Source: an uncultured Lachnospiraceae bacterium (GTDB taxonomy: Bacteria; Bacillota; Clostridia; Lachnospirales; Lachnospiraceae). Taken from it: a stretch of DNA of 56,685 nucleotides. Position 1 is the stretch's first letter. Each line of letters opens with the position of its first letter. Where the stretch lies: the NCBI GenBank assembly GCA_902782995.1, contig CACZPJ010000094.1, forward strand, positions 1-56,685, written 5' to 3'. The position numbers were made by a program, and so were the translations under genes. Shown here piece by piece: positions 18,494-27,067 of the stretch. Under the pieces are notes generated by a model that saw only the letters and a program-made list of their open reading frames with translations, ran no database searches and had not been told where the DNA came from.

Positions 18494-18810
18494 AAAAGAT
18501 AGGGTGGAAAAAATACTATCTTAACTTATCCTTGTCAACATCCACAAAATTTATTTCTTTGCTCCGAATTCCGAATCTAACATTTTCTAAATGTTCTGCC
18601 AAGATATTATTCCCGACCGCAACCGCAAAAGACGTGACGTCCATGTCCCGGCTTTTGCTTGCGGCAACGTCCATGTTGCCGCATTGCTCATCACCCTACA
18701 GAACATTAAGAAAATCTAAGATTCTCCATAAGTCGCAAATTCATAAACTTTTGTGGATATTGACCGTTATATGTGAATAAGAAAGAATATCTTCTCCACC
18801 CTATATTTTT
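18494..18810. repeat. Nested inverted-repeat element (REPIN/MITE-like) between convergent LysR genes
   Basis: Arm pairs 18499-18508/18795-18804, 18534-18554/18743-18764, 18573-18598/18699-18724; two central GC-rich hairpins sharing GTCCAT. Confidence 0.7.
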
Positions 18811-19692
18811 CTAACGGAAGTGTGTTGTCACATACTCCGTAAATGCCTGGATCACCGGTGACTGATAGCGTTTTTTCACCTGTGCAAGGTATACGGCACG
18901 TTCGTATTCCGGACTTGTGATCGAAAGGGTCTTGACCGGAAGTGTCTTAAGGATCGGAATGTCCGGCATGACTGCGATACCGAAGCCCTGCGCAACCAGT
19001 CCTGCCATACTTCCATCCTCCTCCATCTCAAATGCGATCTTCGAAAAAACATTGATCTTCTCATAGAGCTGATCGATCACAGGTCTTAAACCACTGCTTT
19101 TGGAAAAATAGATCATCGGCTCGTCCACTGTATCATGCAGATCCACTGAATCAATCATCGCAAGCGGATGCTCCCTTGGAACGACTAACACAAGCTTCTG
19201 GCTTCCGATCTGTGTAAAAGAGATCTCCGGCTCCTTATCCTGATAGGAAGAAAAGACCACATCGTACTTATCCTCCTTTAACCCCTGCAGGATATCCGGT
19301 GTCGCACCGACCGTAAACCGGAACTCAATATGATAATCGGGATATGCATCTAAAAATTCCCGGACGATCTGTGGCGCAAAACGGCTGCCCATCGTATAGA
19401 TGTATGCAAGCCGGATCTCCCCCTCCCTGCTTCCGTTTAAAAAGCGGGTCCGCTTGATTCCATCCTCAAGCACCTTCAAGGACTCTTCTACATAAGGAAG
19501 AAATGTTCTTCCATACTTCGTCAAAACAACATTCCGTCCTTTTTTTTCAAACAGCCTGGTCCCAAGCTCCTGCTCTAACAGATTCATCGCGTGGCTTAAG
19601 CTTGGCTGTGTAATCGCTAACTGCTTCGCTGCTCTTGTATAATGTTCTTCCCTCGCTAATGTCACAAAATACTGCAACTGACTCAGATTCAT
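18811..19692 (-). CDS. LysR-family regulator (second QuiR-like)
   Basis: HYTRAAKQLAITQPSLSHAMNLLEQELG HTH; divergent from the oxidoreductase gene. Confidence 0.93.
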   Translation of the reverse strand: MNLSQLQYFVTLAREEHYTRAAKQLAITQPSLSHAMNLLEQELGTRLFEKKGRNVVLTKYGRTFLPYVEESLKVLEDGIKRTRFLNGSREGEIRLAYIYTMGSRFAPQIVREFLDAYPDYHIEFRFTVGATPDILQGLKEDKYDVVFSSYQDKEPEISFTQIGSQKLVLVVPREHPLAMIDSVDLHDTVDEPMIYFSKSSGLRPVIDQLYEKINVFSKIAFEMEEDGSMAGLVAQGFGIAVMPDIPILKTLPVKTLSITSPEYERAVYLAQVKKRYQSPVIQAFTEYVTTHFR

Positions 19693-19732
19693 CGAAAATC
19701 CCCCTTTTCCTGCATTCACCATAGCACAATTC

Positions 19733-19798
19733 ATAGTTAAAATCTATTGATTTTAACAAAAAAACCAATTAGACTTTTTTCTCTTTTCCGATTACAGT
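19733..19798 (+). promoter_or_regulatory. LysR box and sigmaA-like promoter of the oxidoreductase
   Basis: ATAGTTAAAATCTAT (19733-19747); TAGACT (19770)-N17-TACAGT (19793). Confidence 0.55.
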
Positions 19799-19991
19799 GA
19801 AGTTAGCTAAAAAATACGTTTGACAAAAAATTATCAAACATGACCGTCTCATAGATCTGCCCGAATTACATGAGACAATGCCACATCCCTTACTTCGACA
19901 CCTTTGGGATCACGGCATGTTTAAAGCAACCTCTTATGGTACATCCTAAGTAACCATACAACATCGATTCCATCGTAGAGGAGAAGATCAA

Positions 19992-21992
19992 ATGAAGAGT
20001 AAATACCATCATATTTTTGAACCAATGACAATCCGCCGCATGACCGTGAAAAACCGTATCGTTATGACACCAATGGGAACGAATTACGGTGAGCAGAACG
20101 GCGAAATGAGTTTCTTACACATCAACTATTATGAGCAGCGTGCCAAGGGAGGCACCGGTCTTTTGATCGTTGAGAATGCCAGCGTTGATTCCCCACAGGG
20201 ATCAAACGGAACCACACAGCTCCGTATCGACTTAGATAACTATATCCCGAGATTATTCAAATTATGTGAAAATGTACACAAGCACGGCGCATGTATCGCG
20301 ATCCAGTTAAACCATGCTGGTGCTTCCGCAATGTCTTCCAGAATCGGAATGCAGCCGGTATCCGCTTCTGATATTCCATCTAAGGCAAACGGCGAGATTC
20401 CTCGTCCATTAGAGAAGGAAGAGATTCTTCAGATCGTGAAAAAGTACGGAGAAGCTGCAAAACGTGCACAGATCTGTGGATTTGATGCAGTCGAGATCCA
20501 TGCCGGACACTCCTATCTGTTAAGCCAGTTCCTTTCCCCGCTTACCAATAAGCGTACGGATGAATTCGGCGGAAGCCCGGAAAACAGAGCACGTTTTACC
20601 AAGCTCGTGATGGAAGAAGTCCGTAAACAGGTCGGACCATTCTTCCCTATCTTCGTCCGCATCAGTGCTGATGAAATGATGGAAGGCGGTAATACCTTAG
20701 AAGATACCTTAGAGTACTTACAGTACTTTGAGAAGGAAGTCGATGTATTTGATGTTTCCTGTGGACTGAATGGTTCTATCCAGTACCAGATCGATGCAAA
20801 CTACTTCCCAGACGGATGGCGTTCTTATATGTCTAAGGCTGTTAAGGAAAAATACAACAAGCCATGTATCACCGTCGGAAATATCCGTAACCCACAGGTT
20901 GCAGAAGATATTCTTGCCCGCGGCGATGCAGACTTCATCGGAATGGGTCGTGGACTGATCGCAGATCCGGAATGGGTAAACAAGGTAGAATTCGGCAACG
21001 AATGCGATCTTCGGAAATGTATTTCCTGTAACATCGGTTGTGCAGGACACCGTATCGGTTTAAACCAGCCAATCCGTTGTACAATTAACCCTGCTGTTAA
21101 CAGCGGTGAAGATTATATGAAGAGAAAGATCACAAAGCCTTGCAACGTTGTTGTCATCGGTGGTGGTACTGCCGGACTTGAGGCTGCCTGCACTGCTGCT
21201 GAGGTAGGATGTACCGTATTCTTAATTGAGAAAAAGCCGGAGCTTGGCGGACTTGCTTCTGTGATCTCTAAGATCCCGGATAAGAACCGTCTTGCAGACT
21301 TCCCGAAGTATCTGATCCATCGTGCTTCTAAGCTGCACAACCTTTTTATCTTCAAGAATACCGAAGCAACGGTAGAGCTTGTAAAGAGCTTAAATCCGGA
21401 CATCATCGTAAATGCTACCGGTTCCGTACCGACACTTCCACCGATCACAGGTCTGCATGATCTTGTAGATAAGGATGATACACAGGTTGCTACTGTTCTT
21501 AAGATGATCGAGCGTCTGAATGAGTATCCGGAAGACATGAACGGAAAGAAAGTTGCCATCATCGGTGGTGGTGCTGTAGGTCTTGATGTTATGGAATACT
21601 TCGCACCGAAGGGCGCAGATGTAACCATGGTTGAGATGCTTCCGATGATCGGAAACGGCTTAGACCCTGTTACGAAAAATGATACCGCCTGCAAGATGCA
21701 GAAATACAATGTAAGACAGATGACAAATACGGCTCTCTTAGAGGTCAAAAACGACCGCTTCTTAGTAAAGAATCCGGAGGGTGTAGAAGAGGATGTTCCA
21801 TTCGATTACGGATTTATCTGTCTTGGTATGCGTGCAAACACACCGGTATTAGCTGACTTAGAGGAAGCCTTCGAATCAACAAATGTTGAGATCATCAACA
21901 TCGGTGACAGTAAGCGTGCAAGAAGAATCATTGAAGGAACTGAGGAAGGTAGAAATATCTTAAACGTTTTAGAGAGACACGATTTCTTCTAA
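19992..21992 (+). CDS. NADH:flavin oxidoreductase (OYE/BaiCD-BaiH/DCR-like, FMN+FAD+4Fe-4S)
   Basis: KNRIVMTPM, EIHAGHSYLLSQFLSP..NKRTDEFGGS, Fe-S motif CISCNIGC-x12-C, two GGGxxG motifs. Confidence 0.93.
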   Translation: MKSKYHHIFEPMTIRRMTVKNRIVMTPMGTNYGEQNGEMSFLHINYYEQRAKGGTGLLIVENASVDSPQGSNGTTQLRIDLDNYIPRLFKLCENVHKHGACIAIQLNHAGASAMSSRIGMQPVSASDIPSKANGEIPRPLEKEEILQIVKKYGEAAKRAQICGFDAVEIHAGHSYLLSQFLSPLTNKRTDEFGGSPENRARFTKLVMEEVRKQVGPFFPIFVRISADEMMEGGNTLEDTLEYLQYFEKEVDVFDVSCGLNGSIQYQIDANYFPDGWRSYMSKAVKEKYNKPCITVGNIRNPQVAEDILARGDADFIGMGRGLIADPEWVNKVEFGNECDLRKCISCNIGCAGHRIGLNQPIRCTINPAVNSGEDYMKRKITKPCNVVVIGGGTAGLEAACTAAEVGCTVFLIEKKPELGGLASVISKIPDKNRLADFPKYLIHRASKLHNLFIFKNTEATVELVKSLNPDIIVNATGSVPTLPPITGLHDLVDKDDTQVATVLKMIERLNEYPEDMNGKKVAIIGGGAVGLDVMEYFAPKGADVTMVEMLPMIGNGLDPVTKNDTACKMQKYNVRQMTNTALLEVKNDRFLVKNPEGVEEDVPFDYGFICLGMRANTPVLADLEEAFESTNVEIINIGDSKRARRIIEGTEEGRNILNVLERHDFF

Positions 21993-22025
21993 AAATCAAA
22001 TAAAATTATTTTAATTTTTTATACA

Positions 22026-22194
22026 GGTCAAATTACACCATAAATTCATAATTCATGGTGTAATTTGACCATTCTATACTATGAAATATAGACTCTAAAA
22101 TAAATGTTGGAGTAACGAATTATATTTGAGACGTATTCAAATCTCAAATAACAAAAATGCACAAATATGTAAAGCAAACATATTTGTGCATTTT
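22026..22194. terminator. Terminator hairpins between convergent genes
   Basis: GGTCAAATTACACCA/TGGTGTAATTTGACC (22026-22070) and AAAATGCACAAATATGT/ACATATTTGTGCATTTT (22154-22194). Confidence 0.75.
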
Positions 22195-22219
22195 GTCATT
22201 CTAATTTGTATAAATCTTC

Positions 22220-23089
22220 CTAGCTGAAAAACAGTTTCTTTACATCTTCTACCGGCATATCCTGTCCGGTATAGAGCTTGAAGGCTGCTACGCCCTGCCA
22301 TAAGAGCATGCCCTTTCCGTTGATGCAGGTACAGCCTGCTTCTTTTGCTTCTCTTAAAAGCTTCGTTTCTTCCGGATTGTAGACTGCATCTGCAACTACG
22401 AGTCCCGGACGGAATGCGCTTAAGTCCTTGACAACGCTCTCATTTTCCATTGGCTTCATTCCAACGATCGTAGCATTTGCAAAAATATCACTGTCTGCGA
22501 TCTCTTCTGTCATCTTCGCGGTATCTGCGATGTCATAGACATTGACTACGATGCCCGGTACTTCTGCACGGATCTTCTCTGCGGTCTGTAAGGTTCTCTC
22601 GAAAAATGCATCCTTGATATTGAAGATCGTGATCTCTCTTGCACCATCTAATGCACACTGTACCTGGATGGCTGTTGCAGCTCCGCCGCCGCCTGCGACT
22701 GTGATCTTCTTGCCCTTAATATCGATTCCGTGATCCTTTAAGTTATGTACGAAGCCTTCTCCGTCTGTGATATATCCGGTCAGCTTTCCGTCATCATTTA
22801 CGATCGTGTTGACTGCACCGATGATTCTTGCTGCCGGTGACAGCTCGTCCATATACTTTAATGCCTCTGTCTTACATGGCATCGTTACATTACAGCCACG
22901 CATCTTGAAGGTCTTCATTGCATCGATGGCAGCCTTTACTTCTTCTACCTTTATATCAAAAGCAACATAGGCATAATCTAAGCCCAGCTTCTCGAAGCTG
23001 TAGTTATACATCGCCGGTGAGCCGGAATGTCCGACCGGTGAACCAATTAATGCCAAAAGTCCTGTGTGCCCTGAAATTCTTTTCTCCAT
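22220..23089 (-). CDS. aroE: Second shikimate/quinate dehydrogenase
   Basis: HSGSPAMYN, NVTMPCK, AVNT, TDGEG, GGGGAA, GKGMLLWQG; RBS GGAGGA. Confidence 0.92.
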   Translation of the reverse strand: MEKRISGHTGLLALIGSPVGHSGSPAMYNYSFEKLGLDYAYVAFDIKVEEVKAAIDAMKTFKMRGCNVTMPCKTEALKYMDELSPAARIIGAVNTIVNDDGKLTGYITDGEGFVHNLKDHGIDIKGKKITVAGGGGAATAIQVQCALDGAREITIFNIKDAFFERTLQTAEKIRAEVPGIVVNVYDIADTAKMTEEIADSDIFANATIVGMKPMENESVVKDLSAFRPGLVVADAVYNPEETKLLREAKEAGCTCINGKGMLLWQGVAAFKLYTGQDMPVEDVKKLFFS

Positions 23090-23182
23090 TTTTTGTTCCT
23101 CCATTTTTTACTAAACCTATCATAAACTGTTTTTTGCTATCTGGCAAGACTTTTTTGCTTTAAACCGCGAAAGTGGATAAAT

Positions 23183-24436
23183 TTACTCCATTGCAGTCTC
23201 TGCGTCTACGATATTTCCTTCCGCTGAAATCGTAATACCTTCCGATATATTCTGCATATACTGATACAGGTTCTTCGCATCCGCATCGTCCATAAGCTTT
23301 GTACAGCCGCCTGTCGCATATACCGGGATCAGACGGTCTGTTTCCTCACCGGATGCGGTAAGCGTCACCTCAACGGCAGCGGAACGGTCGATCTGGGAAC
23401 CAAAAATAAAGTTGCCAAGACTGTAGCAGATCATACTTCCCTTATAATACTCGATGCCCTCTAAGCAGTGCGTATGTCCACCAATCACGAGATCTGCTCC
23501 TGAATCAATATAATTTTTGGCAAGACTCCTCTGATAATCCTGCGGATATTCCTCATACTCCACACCCCAGTGAACGAAAACAACCACATAATCACAGGTT
23601 TCTTTTGCTTTTTCAATCTCTGCGCACAGAGCAGTAGAATCATAGGTCGTAAAGACCCCCGGTGTCTGATTATCGACATTCCAGCCCTCGACCGGTATCA
23701 CACGCGATGCCGCAAGAATACCAATCTTATGACCACCCACGTTAAACACCTGAAGCTCTTTTGCACGCGATGCACTTTCTCCTGCCCCGACATAACGGAT
23801 ACCGGCCTGATCTAAGGTCGTAAAGGTATCACTTAAGGCTTCCTTTCCATAGTCTAAGATATGGTTATTGGCAAGGGATACAATATCTACACCTAACTCA
23901 TTTAAGGCTGATACATAGGACGGATCTGCACGGAAGGTGAACAGTTTATCCTCCATCTGTGTACCACGCGTACTGAATGGGAATTCCTCATTTACCATCA
24001 GAATATCTACATTCTCCATCTGCTGTCTGAGCTCCGGTGCTACGACCGCATCAATCCCGCCACCTTCATAGCAGGCAGAAAAAGAATTGGCAAACAGGAC
24101 ATCCCCTGTAAACATCATCGTGATCTGCTCCTGATCCGTCTCTTCTGCCTGTGGCTCCGTTTCGGTTGTTCCGCTTAGGTTCTCCTCTGTCTGATCGCCT
24201 TCTGTCCGGTTTTCTTCTATCTGATTTCCCCCGATCTGATTTTTTCCTGACTGTCCTTCTGCGGTTTTGCTCTGGTCCGTCTGCTCACTTTGCTCCTGCG
24301 TTATCCCTGCTTGGGATGTATCTGTCTTATTCGGAGTCCCGGTTTCATCCATCCGGCTTCGGATAACGAAAAATCCTGCTAAAACTCCCGTCAGTATAAG
24401 AACAAGTATACACGTAACAATGATATGCTTTTTCAT
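23183..24436 (-). CDS. CapA/PGA_cap family metallophosphoesterase with membrane anchor
   Basis: N-terminal TM and Q/E/T-rich linker; FTGD, LANNHILDYG, HWGVEY, GGHTH, YSLGNFIF. Confidence 0.9.
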   Translation of the reverse strand: MKKHIIVTCILVLILTGVLAGFFVIRSRMDETGTPNKTDTSQAGITQEQSEQTDQSKTAEGQSGKNQIGGNQIEENRTEGDQTEENLSGTTETEPQAEETDQEQITMMFTGDVLFANSFSACYEGGGIDAVVAPELRQQMENVDILMVNEEFPFSTRGTQMEDKLFTFRADPSYVSALNELGVDIVSLANNHILDYGKEALSDTFTTLDQAGIRYVGAGESASRAKELQVFNVGGHKIGILAASRVIPVEGWNVDNQTPGVFTTYDSTALCAEIEKAKETCDYVVVFVHWGVEYEEYPQDYQRSLAKNYIDSGADLVIGGHTHCLEGIEYYKGSMICYSLGNFIFGSQIDRSAAVEVTLTASGEETDRLIPVYATGGCTKLMDDADAKNLYQYMQNISEGITISAEGNIVDAETAME

Positions 24437-24593
24437 ATGTAACTCCTGTCATATTATGTTTATTTGTAATGATTCAGAACCTCTACACATATATTCGCAA
24501 AAAGCGCACGATAACTCGTACTTTCTTGCTGCTATCCGTTTCATTTTACTCATAAAGGATTATGGGTAAAGAAAATAGAATACTATTAGGGAT

Positions 24594-24732
24594 TCATTTT
24601 TTCGATGAGCCAATATGTTCCACCAAACCGTCTTTCTTCATTTTATTTACATGATAGCGAACTCCACCAATTTTCACGGAATACAAAATTTCCTTTCAGA
24701 TTGATTTTACCATCTGTAACCAGTGTTTTCAT
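24594..24732 (-). pseudogene. Remnant encoding a winged-HTH C-terminus
   Basis: One frame reads IGGVRYHVNKMKKDGLVEHIGSSKK*, resembling wHTH tails of Fic/RecG-C-type proteins; a short ORF from ATG 24732 is in another frame. Confidence 0.4.
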
Positions 24733-24893
24733 GGTAATCTTACCTCATTCGTGCATTCTCCTTCCATATTATCGTCTTACACGAAAGCTTCTCATAATCC
24801 GAACTTATCGGAAGTTGTATCTAAAAAAATATACTACTCTGATATAAAGTCGACGAGATTCCGGTAGTCTTATCTCAAATTTTGAAATCAGAT

Positions 24894-25904
24894 TTATTTA
24901 ATCCGTTTCTGAATATCTTCAACAGACGGCAGTTGCTTTTCCAGATCATCCGGCAGGCTGCTGGTTATTTTGTATTCGCTTACACCAATCGGCTTTGAAA
25001 TATCTTTAAGCGAATATTCTGCAACTACGTTATTCTTGCTTTTGCACAGAAGCAAACCAATGGACGGATTGTCTTGCTCTTTTTTCAAAATGCCGTCCAC
25101 CGCTGACAGATAAAAGTTTAGCTGACCGGCATATTCTGGCTTAAAATCGCCGGTTTTCAGTTCGATAACCACATAACAGCGTAGATTCAGGTTATAAAAT
25201 AGCAAATCAATGTAAAAATCATCGCCACCTACATTTAAGTGATACTGATTTCCCAGAAATGCAAATCCTGTTCCAAGCTCCAGAAGAAGCTTTGTGACAT
25301 CCCTAACAAGTGCCTGCTCAATATCCCGTTCAAGCATATCTTCCCGGAAAGGAATAAAATCAAAGACATATGGGTCTTTCATGGTCTGCATTGCAAGTTC
25401 ACTCTGTGGAGATGGCAAACGATGTTCAAAATTTGTGACTTTGTCCGCCAGAACCTGCCGCTGATACAAGTTGCTTTCAATTTGATGAACAAGAACATTT
25501 CGAGACCAGCCGTTCTCTACGGTTGCATTTGCATACCAGATATGCTCTTCCGCAGTTTTGACCTTATCCATCAAAGCAATATTATGATACCATGTAATTT
25601 GTGCAAGCACCTCTTGCACAATTTTTCTATCAGAAAAACGGGCGGCAAACTTTGCCATATACTTCAGATTTCGGACAGAATACCCCTTTCTCTCGGGAAA
25701 AGCTATCTGAATATCATAAGAAAGATTATCAATAAATTTATTTCCCCATGTTTTGTATTCGTTAATGACCGTTCCAATATCATAATAGAGGAGCAGCAAA
25801 TCCGAATTCGCATGAATCGTTGCACGATATTGTGCATCCTTGATTTCTTGCTTGATGTTTTCAATAACAGAAAGGTACTCCTGTGTATTCATTAGCACAC
25901 GCAT
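24894..25904 (-). CDS. yhcG: YhcG/DUF1016 PD-(D/E)xK nuclease family protein
   Basis: YYDIG...WG, GYSVRNLKYM, KDPYVFDF, LLELGTGFAF, IDLLFY, VIELK, GQLNFY. Confidence 0.92.
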   Translation of the reverse strand: MRVLMNTQEYLSVIENIKQEIKDAQYRATIHANSDLLLLYYDIGTVINEYKTWGNKFIDNLSYDIQIAFPERKGYSVRNLKYMAKFAARFSDRKIVQEVLAQITWYHNIALMDKVKTAEEHIWYANATVENGWSRNVLVHQIESNLYQRQVLADKVTNFEHRLPSPQSELAMQTMKDPYVFDFIPFREDMLERDIEQALVRDVTKLLLELGTGFAFLGNQYHLNVGGDDFYIDLLFYNLNLRCYVVIELKTGDFKPEYAGQLNFYLSAVDGILKKEQDNPSIGLLLCKSKNNVVAEYSLKDISKPIGVSEYKITSSLPDDLEKQLPSVEDIQKRIK

Positions 25905-26280
25905 CGCCTCGCTTTCAGATAATTTTTATCATTATTTTGTAGTAATATTATTCTAATCCTTGCTAACCCAAATATTCTGGCATACTTCAGGTCCTCCCAT
26001 AAGCACACGTTACCTCCAATACATCATCAAGTCTTTTTGATGAAATTTTCAATTTTGTATTTTTAACATTTAATATTTTTGGCATGATATAATGAGTCCA
26101 AAAGGACTCATAATGTGCAGAAAACGTGCACATATATATGATATAGTACATTTATAATAAGTATATTTCTTTATGAAAATAGTTTCAAGCTAAAATACAA
26201 TAGCGGAGTACATTGTTTACACCATCACTGAAGAATAAATTTCTGAAAAAAGATAAAGAAAAAACACCCAAAAGGTGTTC

Positions 26281-26411
26281 GTGTTACTTCCGGTGTTACC
26301 TCTAATTTAACGGTTCTAAGAGAAGTGCCATTCCAAGCTCCTTTCACCAGTAAAATCAATGGTTCCAACCGATATTCATTTTTTAATGAACAGGAAATGA
26401 GAGAATCGAAC
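26281..26411 (-). mobile_element. Possible att scar: tRNA 3'-end-like fragment plus GTGTTAC direct repeats
   Basis: Minus strand GTTCGATTCTCTCATTTCCTG (26411-26391) resembles a T-loop/acceptor arm; GTGTTAC at 26281 and 26293. Confidence 0.4.
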
Positions 26412-26440
26412 GCTTAGCCCCGATGGGATGCTAAGCGTTC
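26408..26440 (-). terminator. Hairpin downstream of purE
   Basis: GAACGCTTAGC/GCTAAGCGTTC imperfect stem. Confidence 0.55.
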
Positions 26441-26456
26441 TCCTGTAACCTTATCT

Positions 26457-26963
26457 TTATTTGGTATAATTCTTATATCCAACTTCCTGAAGCTTCTTAT
26501 CCTTGGCAACTACCTGCTCCTTTAAGTTCTTCGAATACGCTTTCAGACGCTCTAATAAAGCTGCATCTGAAGTAGCAAGGATCTTTGCTGCAAGAATTCC
26601 TGCATTTGCTCCACCGTTGATGGCTACTGTTGCAACCGGAATTCCGGTTGGCATCTGTACAATCGAATACAGGGAATCACGTCCACCTAAGGAAGTGGTA
26701 TGCATCGGGATACCGATTACCGGCATCGGGAAGATTGCTGCACACATACCCGGAAGGTGCGCTGCCATTCCTGCACCTGCAATGATCACCTTAAAGCCCT
26801 TTTCCTCTGCGGTCTTTGCATACTCAAAGAAAACATCCGGCTCACGGTGTGCAGAAATAATGGTCATCTCATAATCAATGCCTAATTCTTCTAAGATGTC
26901 TGCTGCCTTTGCCATAACCGGCATATCTGAATCACTACCCATAACAATTCCTACTTTTGCCAT
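26457..26963 (-). CDS. purE: N5-CAIR mutase
   Basis: MGSDSD, SAHR, AGAGMAAHLPG, SIVQMPTGIPVATV. Confidence 0.97.
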   Translation of the reverse strand: MAKVGIVMGSDSDMPVMAKAADILEELGIDYEMTIISAHREPDVFFEYAKTAEEKGFKVIIAGAGMAAHLPGMCAAIFPMPVIGIPMHTTSLGGRDSLYSIVQMPTGIPVATVAINGGANAGILAAKILATSDAALLERLKAYSKNLKEQVVAKDKKLQEVGYKNYTK

Positions 26964-27067
26964 GTCTCTATCTCCTTTTCCTCTGTGAATACTATTTGTT
27001 TTCTCTAGTATACACTGCTTTTCCTAGAAGGTGAAGTAATATATAATTATAGTAATTATTAGTTCTG

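Noticed and set aside
18494-18810. CRISPR array
   Set aside because: Repeats are inverted, not regularly spaced direct repeats; no cas genes anywhere in the window
19992-21992. baiCD/baiH bile-acid 7-dehydroxylation gene
   Set aside because: Same family, but no other bai genes; neighbourhood is entirely shikimate/quinate
23183-24436. Poly-gamma-glutamate capsule locus
   Set aside because: No capB or capC nearby; solitary CapA-domain proteins are common
25239-25895. 218-aa plus-strand ORF
   Set aside because: Antisense shadow of the yhcG gene with no recognisable motifs
25890-26010. Short ORFs upstream of yhcG with GGAGG sites
   Set aside because: Several competing tiny frames, none with recognisable features; likely debris
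26391-26445. Complete tRNA gene
   Set aside because: Only a T-loop/acceptor-like 3' fragment; no D or anticodon arms
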